Positions 28,992-38,544 of a DNA stretch of 64,000 nucleotides are shown here, piece by piece; within the stretch, counting starts at the first letter, position 1, and every line of letters begins with the position of its first letter. The stretch is from contig CASEJM010000015.1 in NCBI GenBank assembly GCA_949288265.1, positions 2,052 through 66,051 of the forward strand, read 5' to 3'. The notes beneath the pieces are model-generated. The model was not told the origin of the DNA. It did not search any database and worked only from the letters and a program-made list of their open reading frames with translations. The DNA comes from an uncultured Pseudomonadota bacterium. GTDB taxonomy: Bacteria > Pseudomonadota > Alphaproteobacteria > Rs-D84. A program made the translations under genes and the position numbers.

Positions 28992-31145
28992 TTATGCTGC
29001 TTTACCTGAAACAAACCAATAACCATAGTTAGACCCAGATACACCGGCATATCTACAAACGAATACGAAACTAGTTTCTGTCTGGTTGTTATATCCTGTA
29101 TCGTAACCACTTGCCGATGTCTTGCCGTAAAAACCCTGAACGATAGTATAATGGCTATCAGACATAGGAATCGGTAAACTTACAGTATTTTCTGGAGATG
29201 TTGGGGGCATAATATATCCACCCTGCTCAACCCACCCAGACTTATACATACGATACCAAGTGTAACTATTATCTTCTGTGGGTAATTGAGAAGCAACCAC
29301 ATAATCGCAATTAGTTGATAAGTTAGATAAATCAGTTTTTAAAAAACTGGTCGCAGAGATAACGCCATCTGATATATTAATGTTCTCACCGGCCGTAAGT
29401 TTATCCTGTTTATTTTCAACCGCGTCTTGAATAGTTTTTAAGTCAATTACCCGAAAAGCATTTGCCTGATTTATGCTGTTTATGCGAGTTCCATCATTAC
29501 CTATATCGGCAATTTTTGCATAACTTCTATTAGTTCCATCTGGAATATATTTTATAAAATTGCTTTCTTCATCATACTTATAAATTCCCACATCAACAGC
29601 GACCAAACCGGAAGCATTTGCCCATAATTCCTGTCTGGAAAAATCAGGGAAAGTATAAACTTTCACTTCATTTTGAACATTCATAGAGTTTTTCAAACTT
29701 CCATCCGAGTTTATGCCATTAGGTGCCAAAACTTGTAATCCAGGCAGTGTGAATGCAGTTATACCAATAAATCCGACGCAGTTGAAAATCTGGTCTATAC
29801 TTATTACTGTGCCAGCAGAATTCATAGAAACTATCGCAATAGGTAATGATATATTATATACATTCCAGGTGCTGCCAGCATTATTTGTATATTTTATCTG
29901 ATTGTTTGCAGTATCATACCATATATGAGTATTACCTGTTAAACCTGTTGGGACTGTATTACCTGACCATTCTCTTTCAAAAGGAAAATAATCATCAGAA
30001 GATGGGTTATAAACTAAAAGTCCTTGTGATTCACCAAAATTTTGAACAGTTAATGTTTTATCGCTTTGTAAAACTGTTTCTGTAAAGACCCCAACGCCAT
30101 TAGGAACATAAACAACGCTTCCAGCTTTTAATGTAAGGACTCCGTTTTCTAGCGTAATTTTTACCTTTTGCGGTTTTTGTACTATACAATTAGTGATTTT
30201 ATTACTTAATTTTTCAATATTTGAAACGCTTAATGGCAAAGCATTTGTACCGGCACCAGACAAACTTTCATCGTGACTTACAGCCAACAAACCTTCTGCC
30301 CCCGAAGAAGCCATTGCCGAAGTAATAATGTTACCATCTATACCAACTTGTAAAAACTTTCCTGCGTTTTCTGAACCTTGCTGAATACTTATTTTACCAG
30401 ATATCTGGTTTGCATAAGCATCATACGTAGCCACTTTAGTTGATGTAATACCAGAATTAGTTGCTTGCAATTGTACATTTGTTAGTAGATTCTGTTTTTC
30501 CGCCAATGCACTAGAAACTTCGCTTTTGGTTGCATACAAAGACATATCATGAGTATGATTTGCTAATGCAAAATTACTTGTATCTGGTATTTCGTCTTTA
30601 GTTGCGAAATCACTTGTGTCTGGAATTTCATCTTTAGTTACAAAGTCGCTTATGTCCGGGAACTCATCTTTTTTTACAAAATTACTAACGTCTGGTATTT
30701 CATCTTTTCTTGCCAGTTCGTCAAGACCACCCAAATTATCTATTTGCTCCTGTATAGAATCTACGAATTGCACAGCATTTTCAATATTTGCTATATCCCC
30801 ATCTAATTCATATATATCTTTCATAAACTCTAACATAAAATTAAAGTCAGCATTTAAACTTTCTGTTTGTATAGGTAAAGTCGGTTGATAATCTATGACA
30901 CGTGATAAATCTATTTTACGCCATATACGAATAGTCGCGCCTGATACAGGTGCTGTATTTAAAACAATTTTACCACCTGGATACATACCATCACTTTGTA
31001 AATTTTTAGAAAAAACTACGGTATATTCACTAATTTTTAAGATCTCAGAATTTATAGAAACTTTTACATCGGCAGCTTTAAAAAAGGGAAATGCAAAATC
31101 AAACTCTGTTGTTGAACCGTCACCGGTATATTGTATCAGATACAT
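28992..31145 (-). CDS. Phage tail-fibre protein with a T7 gp17-like N-terminal tail-attachment domain, 12-aa tandem repeats and a C-terminal receptor-binding region
   Basis: N-terminus MYLIQYTGDGSTTEFDFAFPFF...VKV...ATIRIWRK...LNADFNFM parallels T7 gp17 (DGSNRDFNIPFEYL...VVV...IELRR...DGSILRAYDLN). Repeats KDE(I/F)PD(V/I/T)S(N/D)F x4. The long, low-Cys, Gly/Ser/Thr/Asn-rich C-terminus is typical of fibres. Confidence 0.7.
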   Translation of the reverse strand: MYLIQYTGDGSTTEFDFAFPFFKAADVKVSINSEILKISEYTVVFSKNLQSDGMYPGGKIVLNTAPVSGATIRIWRKIDLSRVIDYQPTLPIQTESLNADFNFMLEFMKDIYELDGDIANIENAVQFVDSIQEQIDNLGGLDELARKDEIPDVSNFVKKDEFPDISDFVTKDEIPDTSDFATKDEIPDTSNFALANHTHDMSLYATKSEVSSALAEKQNLLTNVQLQATNSGITSTKVATYDAYANQISGKISIQQGSENAGKFLQVGIDGNIITSAMASSGAEGLLAVSHDESLSGAGTNALPLSVSNIEKLSNKITNCIVQKPQKVKITLENGVLTLKAGSVVYVPNGVGVFTETVLQSDKTLTVQNFGESQGLLVYNPSSDDYFPFEREWSGNTVPTGLTGNTHIWYDTANNQIKYTNNAGSTWNVYNISLPIAIVSMNSAGTVISIDQIFNCVGFIGITAFTLPGLQVLAPNGINSDGSLKNSMNVQNEVKVYTFPDFSRQELWANASGLVAVDVGIYKYDEESNFIKYIPDGTNRSYAKIADIGNDGTRINSINQANAFRVIDLKTIQDAVENKQDKLTAGENINISDGVISATSFLKTDLSNLSTNCDYVVASQLPTEDNSYTWYRMYKSGWVEQGGYIMPPTSPENTVSLPIPMSDSHYTIVQGFYGKTSASGYDTGYNNQTETSFVFVCRYAGVSGSNYGYWFVSGKAA
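30571..30714. repeat. 4 x 36-bp imperfect tandem repeat within the tail-fibre gene (encodes the KDEIPDxSxF repeats)
   Basis: Units at 30571-30606, 30607-30642, 30643-30678 and 30679-30714, about 75-85% identical to each other. Confidence 0.7.
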
Positions 31146-31288
31146 TTATTCTCCTTTTATTTTTTATAAAAAATAACCCGCGCAAAAGTCTTGCTCGGGC
31201 AATTTAAAAGTCCGCCGGTGGCGGACTAAAACTTAATTTTTATGTGGCGCTATTATATCATAAAACTCGAAAAAAATCAAGCATACAA

Positions 31289-31885
31289 TTATAATAAACA
31301 TGCCAAAGTTGCACTGGCATTTTTCAACATAAACCAACCTATACGGTAATCTGTTACATAAATTGTAATTAGAAACAAAGCCAATATTGCAATTACTATA
31401 ATTACGTTGCTACGCTTTCCGCGCATACAATACAATGCGATGTTATAAAATAGAAACAATACGTATGTATCAACCAACAAGCTTATAACCCACATTGAAG
31501 TACAATTAAAAGCCAACGCGTTTAAAACCAAAACAACTGGGTAAATGAAAAATACAGAAGCCAAGCCTTTGATAGCAATTTCCCAGTCTCGTTCACCACC
31601 CGTTATTTCTGAAACAAGCATCATCAAACCACCAAACACGAAAAGCAAAGCCACAGCAAGCACAGGAACGATTATAAGAGCTGTAAAAACAGCACCTATT
31701 GTTATAGTTGCACCGCCAATTAAACGAAGGAACAATACCAAACAACCGCCAAGCAATCCATAAATGAAGGCTTTTAACATGGATTCTTCCATATTTCCAT
31801 CAGCCACTATTTTAGTGAAATAACGTTTTGGGTTTATCAATAAATTTTTTAAGCGTTTTAAGCCCTTTTTAATTTTTTTCATCAT
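31289..31885 (-). CDS. Multi-pass inner-membrane protein (Yip1/DUF1282-like)
   Basis: About 5 predicted TM helices after a basic N-terminus. Followed (minus strand) by the hairpin AGTCCGCC-accg-GCGGACT. Confidence 0.4.
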   Translation of the reverse strand: MMKKIKKGLKRLKNLLINPKRYFTKIVADGNMEESMLKAFIYGLLGGCLVLFLRLIGGATITIGAVFTALIIVPVLAVALLFVFGGLMMLVSEITGGERDWEIAIKGLASVFFIYPVVLVLNALAFNCTSMWVISLLVDTYVLFLFYNIALYCMRGKRSNVIIVIAILALFLITIYVTDYRIGWFMLKNASATLACLL

Positions 31886-31939
31886 TTTGTACCCCCAATT
31901 TGATTATTTCTATTTTTGCTTTATAATTAAAAAAAATCA

Positions 31940-33286
31940 ATGGAAAAAGTTATGTTAAAACTAACAATTGTAGGTCGCCCAAATACTGGTAAGTCGACTT
32001 TATTTAATGCATTAACCGGAACACGTGATGCCTTGGTACACGATCGCCCTGGGGTTACGCGCGACACAATCAGCGGTCAAATGCGCGATCGCGCTTGGGA
32101 AATATTCGACACGGCGGGCCTTGAAAACGCAAAATCTGGTATTGCGGCAGACTCTACGAACATGGCTTTAGACGCAATATCTTCGTCTGACGCGATACTT
32201 TTCGTCGTAGACGGGCGCGTTGGTTTAACCTCGTCCGATATTGATTGGGCTCGTTTAGTTCGCAGAAAAACACATTCACCAGTATTACTAATAGTAAACA
32301 AATCTGAATCTGCTAAGCGTTTAGCTGATATACACGACTTTTATAAATTAGGTTTTGGCGAACCTGTAACAATTTCTGCAGAACATAAAAAAGGTTTCGA
32401 TAAAATATATGAATTTCTTGATAATATATTACCTGAAAACCAATCAGATAAATTAGAAGAAGAACCGCAGAAATTAAAAATCGCAATTATGGGGCAGCCT
32501 AACGTTGGTAAATCAACATTAGTAAACCGCGTACTTGGTGAAAAACGACAAATAGTTATGGACGCGCCCGGTATTACAAGAGATACGGTAAAAATACCAA
32601 CAAAATTTTACGGTCGTGCTATAGTTATTATGGACACAGCGGGACTTCGTCGTAAAGCCGGGGTTAAAGATGACGTTGAAACACTATCTGCATTAAAATC
32701 ATTAGACGCCATTGAAAAATCAGACGTCGTAATATTGGTTATAGACGCAACAAAGAACATAGAAAATCAAGCCTTAGGTATCGCAGCACGCGTATATGAT
32801 GCTGGTAAAATATTATGCGTAGCATTGAATAAGTGGGATTTAGTAGAACCAGAAGTCCGAGATGAAAAATTGCTAAAACTAAAACATCAGTTTACAAATT
32901 CTTTTCATCAGATAATAAAACCAATGATATTGGCAATCTCGGCCGAAACCGGTACGGGTGTTCAGAACATGTTCCGCCGTATATACGAACAATGGGATAT
33001 ATCTAATACAGATGCTCCAACAAGTTTGATAAACCGTATAATTGAAAAATTAATAGACGCACGGCAACCACCAATGTCACGTTTAAAACGCCCTATGAAA
33101 ATAAAATTCGCACGACAAACCGGACGTCATCCAATGAAAATAACCATAAACGTCGGTGGGGCTTCTGACATCCCAGAATCTTATACTAGATACCTTCGAC
33201 GTGGTCTGGCAGAGGCGTTGCATTGGGAACATTTACCGATCATAATTGAATACAAAAAAGAAGAAAACCCATTTGGTGAAAAATAA
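31940..33286 (+). CDS. der: Ribosome-biogenesis GTPase Der (EngA), double GTPase plus KH-like domain
   Basis: Two G-domains (GRPNTGKSTLFN...DTAG...NKSE and GQPNVGKSTLVN...DTAG...NKWD) and a C-terminal KH domain. Confidence 0.9.
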   Translation: MEKVMLKLTIVGRPNTGKSTLFNALTGTRDALVHDRPGVTRDTISGQMRDRAWEIFDTAGLENAKSGIAADSTNMALDAISSSDAILFVVDGRVGLTSSDIDWARLVRRKTHSPVLLIVNKSESAKRLADIHDFYKLGFGEPVTISAEHKKGFDKIYEFLDNILPENQSDKLEEEPQKLKIAIMGQPNVGKSTLVNRVLGEKRQIVMDAPGITRDTVKIPTKFYGRAIVIMDTAGLRRKAGVKDDVETLSALKSLDAIEKSDVVILVIDATKNIENQALGIAARVYDAGKILCVALNKWDLVEPEVRDEKLLKLKHQFTNSFHQIIKPMILAISAETGTGVQNMFRRIYEQWDISNTDAPTSLINRIIEKLIDARQPPMSRLKRPMKIKFARQTGRHPMKITINVGGASDIPESYTRYLRRGLAEALHWEHLPIIIEYKKEENPFGEK

Positions 33287-33289
33287 AAA

Positions 33290-33319
33290 AAAACACCGGT
33301 AAAAATCGGTGTTTTTTTC
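33290..33319. terminator. Bidirectional terminator (AAACACCG-gtaaaaat-CGGTGTTT flanked by A9/T7) between der and infB
   Basis: Read directly from the sequence. Confidence 0.6.
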
Positions 33320-33328
33320 AAAAGAAGA

Positions 33329-35719
33329 TTATAATTTCGCGCGAATTTCTTCTACCTCGTAACATTCTACGCGATCACCTTCTTTCAAATCATTATACTT
33401 ATCAAAAGACATACCAAATTCGACGCCGGCACCAGAAACTTCTTTTACTTCGTTTTTCTCACGACGTAACTCTCCGATTTTACCGTCATAAACAACCACA
33501 TTATTACGTAACAAACGAACAAAAGCATCTTTCTTTATAACACCCTCACTTACACGGCAACCGGCAACTTTAATTCCTTTGCCTACTGTAAACAAAGCTA
33601 TGACGTCGGCGTAACCAATAAAGTTTTCTTTTCTTTCTGGTGCTAATTTACCAGATAAAATTTCTTTAATTTCATCTGTAATTCGATAAACAACACTGTG
33701 ATAACGAATATCAACCCCAGATGCACGCGCCATATCACGAACCGCCGCATCCGCACGAACATTAAACGCAATTATTACGGCCCCAGACGCAGCAGCCAAA
33801 CGAATGTCGCCTTCTGTAATCTGTCCGACACCAGATGATAATATATCAACCCCAACCTTATCAGTATTTATATCTTTTAACATATCGTTAATTGCTTCAA
33901 CGCTGCCTTGTACATCGGCACGTAAAACAATTGGCAAAACTAATTTTTTATTTGCATCACGTTTTGCAAACAATTCTTGTAAAGAAGAACGTTTTACAGC
34001 ATTTGCCTTATCACGTGCTTTCTGTATACGATATGTAGCAACCTCACGCGCTTGAGCTTCTGTTTCCATAACGTGTAATTCGTCACCGGCGCTTGGAACT
34101 GCATCCAACCCCAAAACAACTGCAGGTTGCCCAGGTTTCACAGATTTTACGCGTTCGCCAAAAGAATTTATCAAACCACGTACACGCCCAAAAGTTTCAC
34201 CCACAACGAACACATCACCAATAGCTAAAGTTCCCTGACGCATCAATACAGTTGCAGTTGCCCCAAGACCACGTTCCATTTTTGCTTCAACCACATACGC
34301 AACGGCAGGCATATCAGGATCCGCCTTTAAATCCATGATGCCGGCTTGTAATAAAATAGCTTCTTCTAGCTTTTCTAAGCCTATATGTTTAGTAGCCGAA
34401 ATTTCAACGCATTGAACGTCACCACCAAGTTCTTCAACCTGAACTTCTTGCTGAAGTAAATCCATCTTTACGCGCTGCGGGTCAGCATCAGGTAAATCAA
34501 TCTTATTTATTGCCACAATAAAAGGTACTTTTGCTGCTCTAATATGATTAATAGCTTCTATTGTCTGAGGCATGATAGAATCGTTTGCCGCAACAACAAG
34601 AACAACTATATCCGCTATCTGCGCACCACGAGCGCGCATAGCCGTAAACGTTTCATGACCAGGCGTATCCAAAAACGTAATCATAGAACCTGATTTTGAT
34701 TTTACCTCATATGCAGAAACATGCTGTGTAATTCCCCCTGCTTCACGTGCTGCAACATTGGCATGACGAAACGCGTCCAACAAAGAAGTCTTACCATGGT
34801 CTACGTGTCCCACAACAGTTACAACAGGAGAACGTGGCTGTAAATGTTCCGGATCAGGTTGACGTTCCAATTGTTCTGCATAAGGTTTAACATCAACGCG
34901 CTTTACTTTAGCCCCAAATTCACCTGCAATTAATTCGGCAGTATCAGCATCAATTGATTGGTTCTGAGATACCATCATCCCCATTTCCATCAACTTTTTA
35001 ATTACGTTACCAACCTTTTCCGCCATAGCAGCCGCTAAATCTTTAACCGTAATCGTATCACCAAGACTTACAATATGTTCCACTTTCTGTGGGGCATTAA
35101 ATATAGCCCTAGCTTTTTCACGAAAACGCTTTAATGACGCCTCTGAACGGCGGCGATTCGCCCCGCGTAAACCTATTTCATCATCATCGTCATCACCACC
35201 GATAACAATGTCATGCAGTGATATCTTACCCGCTTTTTTAAAATCTTTTTTAGAACCAGAAAACTTAGATGATCGGCCCATATCCATATCATCTTCGTCA
35301 CGGTTTGGTTTTGTACGTTGTTGCGGTGAAGAAAACTGCTTTTTCTGTGGTACCACTGCTTTTTCAACAGGTACATCAACGATATCCTCGACGACATTTT
35401 CACGTGCAGCAAGCTGTTCTTTTACCTGTTCATATTCACGATTTTCACGAGCAATCTCAGCTTCACGTGCAGCGCGTTGAGCCGCCTCTTCAGCGGCCCT
35501 TTTCTGCCGCTCTTCTTCACGTGCACGCGCAGCTTCTAATACCGCCCGTAATTTTTCATCTGCTGCGCTTTTAGGTGCGGTTGGTGTTGTTGGTTCTTCC
35601 CGCAATTCCTTGCTGCCAGGAGCCACAACACGGCGGCGACGTTCAACAAATACCGCGTCGCCTTTCTTACTTTGTACCGCATCTATCGTTACTGATTTTC
35701 CAAGTGTCAATGTCGCCAT
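33329..35719 (-). CDS. infB: Translation initiation factor IF-2
   Basis: Charged, repetitive N-terminal region. G-domain VTVVGHVDHGKTSLLD...DTPGHE...NKID. C-terminal beta-barrel domains. Confidence 0.9.
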   Translation of the reverse strand: MATLTLGKSVTIDAVQSKKGDAVFVERRRRVVAPGSKELREEPTTPTAPKSAADEKLRAVLEAARAREEERQKRAAEEAAQRAAREAEIARENREYEQVKEQLAARENVVEDIVDVPVEKAVVPQKKQFSSPQQRTKPNRDEDDMDMGRSSKFSGSKKDFKKAGKISLHDIVIGGDDDDDEIGLRGANRRRSEASLKRFREKARAIFNAPQKVEHIVSLGDTITVKDLAAAMAEKVGNVIKKLMEMGMMVSQNQSIDADTAELIAGEFGAKVKRVDVKPYAEQLERQPDPEHLQPRSPVVTVVGHVDHGKTSLLDAFRHANVAAREAGGITQHVSAYEVKSKSGSMITFLDTPGHETFTAMRARGAQIADIVVLVVAANDSIMPQTIEAINHIRAAKVPFIVAINKIDLPDADPQRVKMDLLQQEVQVEELGGDVQCVEISATKHIGLEKLEEAILLQAGIMDLKADPDMPAVAYVVEAKMERGLGATATVLMRQGTLAIGDVFVVGETFGRVRGLINSFGERVKSVKPGQPAVVLGLDAVPSAGDELHVMETEAQAREVATYRIQKARDKANAVKRSSLQELFAKRDANKKLVLPIVLRADVQGSVEAINDMLKDINTDKVGVDILSSGVGQITEGDIRLAAASGAVIIAFNVRADAAVRDMARASGVDIRYHSVVYRITDEIKEILSGKLAPERKENFIGYADVIALFTVGKGIKVAGCRVSEGVIKKDAFVRLLRNNVVVYDGKIGELRREKNEVKEVSGAGVEFGMSFDKYNDLKEGDRVECYEVEEIRAKL

Positions 35720-35736
35720 AAAACATACTCCGTTAA

Positions 35737-37275
35737 TTATTCTTCACCCTGCGTAATACCATATGCCAATTCACGTGCTTTCATTATAACGCGCCCAGCC
35801 AAACGCTGACTCATAGTATCTTCACCTAAGATTTCAATCAATTCATCCACAGACAAATCCGCAAGATCTTCCAAAGATTTTATCCCGGCATTACCTAACT
35901 GCATTATAATAGGACGTTTTATAAAATCAAAGTCTAACAAATCGTCTTTCATCCCAAGTTTATGACCTTCTTCTTTATACTGGGCTTCTTGACGTGTCAA
36001 ATAAGCCTTTGCACGGTTTTGTAATTCTGCCGCCAATTCAACGTTAAATCCTTCTATACTCTGCAATTCTGATACATCAACAAAGGCAATTTCTTCAATT
36101 GTTCTAAAACCTTCTGTGATCAATAAATGAGCCAACATTTCATCAACGTCAAGCGCACTTATAAACAATTCCGTCTTTTCTTTTACTTCTTTAGCTCTAC
36201 GTTCTTGTTCTTCGGCTTCATTCATAACATCAATATTCCATCCTGTTAATTGGGAAGCCAAGCGAACGTTTTGACCGCGGCGACCAATTGCCAAAGACTG
36301 CTGATCTTCATTCACAACAACAGCTGCGCTACGAGTATCTTCATCAACGATGATTTTTGCAACTTTTGCCGGTTGCATTGCATTGACAATAAATACGGCC
36401 GGATCATCTGAATACAATATAACGTCTATTTTTTCACCGTGGCATTCGTTAATAACAGGTTGAATTCGAGTTCCTTTAATACCAACCGTCATTCCAACCG
36501 CGTCAATAGAAGGGTCTTGTGTTTCAACGGCGATTTTCGCGTGACTACCTGGGGCACGTGCGACAGATTTTATTTTAATTATGCCCTCATAAATTTCTGG
36601 TACTTCTTGAACAAAAAGCTTTTCCATAAACATAGGATGTGTACGAGTCAGGAAAATCTGCGGTCCAGAATTAGAACGGGCAACGTCCATGATCAACGCC
36701 CGAACGCGATCACCAACCCCAAGACGTTCACCTGGTATTAATTCAGTACCTTTAATGTAACCTTCTGCCTTACCGTTAATGTCAACGAAAACATTACCGA
36801 ATTCGATACGTTTAACAACACCGCTGACGATATCGCCAATATTATCCTTAAATTCTTCATACTGGCGCCCTTTTTCAGCATCACGAACACGAGCTGTCAT
36901 AATCTGCTTAGCCGTTTGAAACGCCATACGACCAAACTCAGGTTCCGGCAACTGATCTTCAACTATGTCACCAACCTTTGGATCTTTCGCATATTTTTTT
37001 GCTTTTTCAACGGTCAGCATAGTATTTGCATCATAATCATCACCTTTTGATTCCGGTGAATCAATAACCTCAAACAAACGCTTTACGTGGATGGCCCCAT
37101 TCTTACGGTCAATCTCTGCCGTAATATTAAATTCTTCGCCATATTTATGTTTTGCTATTTTTGCAATGGCAGCTTCTAATGAATCAATAACTATTTCACG
37201 GTCAATCTGCTTTTCCTGCGCCAAAGAATCAATCGCCAGCAACAGGTCTTGACGGGGCATAGAAACAAAAGACAT
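35737..37275 (-). CDS. nusA: Transcription termination/antitermination factor NusA
   Basis: S1 and KH domains and a C-terminal acidic repeat. Likely start ATG at 37275 (MSFVSMPRQ), preceded by AAGGAG with an 8-nt spacer; the ORF track extends 30 codons further. Confidence 0.85.
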   Translation of the reverse strand: MSFVSMPRQDLLLAIDSLAQEKQIDREIVIDSLEAAIAKIAKHKYGEEFNITAEIDRKNGAIHVKRLFEVIDSPESKGDDYDANTMLTVEKAKKYAKDPKVGDIVEDQLPEPEFGRMAFQTAKQIMTARVRDAEKGRQYEEFKDNIGDIVSGVVKRIEFGNVFVDINGKAEGYIKGTELIPGERLGVGDRVRALIMDVARSNSGPQIFLTRTHPMFMEKLFVQEVPEIYEGIIKIKSVARAPGSHAKIAVETQDPSIDAVGMTVGIKGTRIQPVINECHGEKIDVILYSDDPAVFIVNAMQPAKVAKIIVDEDTRSAAVVVNEDQQSLAIGRRGQNVRLASQLTGWNIDVMNEAEEQERRAKEVKEKTELFISALDVDEMLAHLLITEGFRTIEEIAFVDVSELQSIEGFNVELAAELQNRAKAYLTRQEAQYKEEGHKLGMKDDLLDFDFIKRPIIMQLGNAGIKSLEDLADLSVDELIEILGEDTMSQRLAGRVIMKARELAYGITQGEE

Positions 37276-37317
37276 TCTGTAATCTCCTTCAATTTGTTTT
37301 TTATGTCTCTTTATTAA

Positions 37318-37345
37318 AAGAGCGGGGTTTTTCAACCCCGCTCTT
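37318..37345 (-). promoter_or_regulatory. Strong GC-rich hairpin (AAGAGCGGGGTT-gaaa-AACCCCGCTCTT) in the nusA 5' leader
   Basis: 12-bp perfect stem 43 nt upstream of the nusA start. On the transcribed strand it is followed by TTTTAAT. Could be an attenuator or the terminator of an unseen upstream element. Confidence 0.35.
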
Positions 37346-37485
37346 AAAAAAACTTTTAAGAACATAGTAATTATTTACGCCGAATCGAATAAAATCAAGA
37401 AAAATCTGTAATTTTTCTATCAAATCTTAATGCCTGTTATAAATAAGATTTGACGCTATCGCTTTTGGGCTTTATACTGCGAAAT

Positions 37486-38544
37486 ATGAGAATACTAAAC
37501 AGATATTTCACGCGTCAATTAGTCGCGATTTTTGTCTTGCTTTTACTGGTATTAACCGGTTTGGCTTGGATGTTACAAATCATGTCCATGATGAAATTTC
37601 TACTTAATTATGGCGTTGATTTATCCAGCTTTATCGGTATGACAATGCTAATGATACCTTTCATAGTATCAATCATAGTACCATTCGTTACATTCATCGC
37701 AATCATTTTTATATACAATAAACTAATATCAGATAACGAAATCACAGTTATGACAGCTTCTGGTCTTGCCCCAAAGCAATTGGCTCGACCGGCTTTGGTA
37801 ATGGCATTAGTATTAACTATATTACACTTCATATTAAACGTATGGATTGTACCGCAAAGCCAATATATGTTTTACGCAACGCAATGGAACTTACGTTACG
37901 GATTAGCACACTTAAAATTACAAGAGTCCGCGTTTACACAATTAGCTGATGGTTTGGTCGTATACGTTGATAAAGTCTCTGGTCACGATTTAAGCCAAGT
38001 AATGCTATCAGACATGCGTGATAAAGCTTCACCCATGACTATATTTGCAGAAAAAGGAAAATTAGTACCAACAGAACGCGGTTTATCAATCGTCATGAAA
38101 AACGGTTCTTTACAATCTAAAAATAAAACGCTTACCACAGGAACTTTTGATAACTTTGATATGGATTTAAACGTTGGCGACAAAGAGGGGGAAAATTCTT
38201 TCCGAGTGCGCCGCGTACCTACGTCAACGCTTTTAAAATCTGTTCTAGATTCTCCGTCTGAAAAACAACATAAAATGGTACTAGCAGAGTTAAGTTCCAG
38301 AATTCTTGGTCCAATTATGAATCTTGTGCTTGCCGCGTTATGCGTAACGATACTTTTACGTTCATCTTTACTACGTCGTAGGGCAAGTTTCGCACCGGCG
38401 ATGGCAGTTGCGGCAATGGCGCTAATTATGTCATTATTTATGTCTTCTTCAAATATGATAAGCAGCGTAACAGAATTTCTTTTATTAATGCTTGCGATCA
38501 TTGTAACATTGGGTGGAATATTATTTATATTATTTAAAAAATGA
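37486..38544 (+). CDS. lptF: LPS export ABC permease, LptF/LptG (YjgP/YjgQ) family
   Basis: N-terminus MRILNRYFTRQLV, typical of YjgP/YjgQ. Six TM helices with a periplasmic beta-jellyroll insert. Only one copy lies adjacent to lptD. Confidence 0.7.
   Translation: MRILNRYFTRQLVAIFVLLLLVLTGLAWMLQIMSMMKFLLNYGVDLSSFIGMTMLMIPFIVSIIVPFVTFIAIIFIYNKLISDNEITVMTASGLAPKQLARPALVMALVLTILHFILNVWIVPQSQYMFYATQWNLRYGLAHLKLQESAFTQLADGLVVYVDKVSGHDLSQVMLSDMRDKASPMTIFAEKGKLVPTERGLSIVMKNGSLQSKNKTLTTGTFDNFDMDLNVGDKEGENSFRVRRVPTSTLLKSVLDSPSEKQHKMVLAELSSRILGPIMNLVLAALCVTILLRSSLLRRRASFAPAMAVAAMALIMSLFMSSSNMISSVTEFLLLMLAIIVTLGGILFILFKK

Noticed and set aside
30571-30714. 36-bp direct repeats considered as a possible CRISPR array
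   Set aside because: The repeats are contiguous with no spacers, keep the tail-fibre reading frame and encode the KDEIPD peptide repeat. No cas genes nearby.
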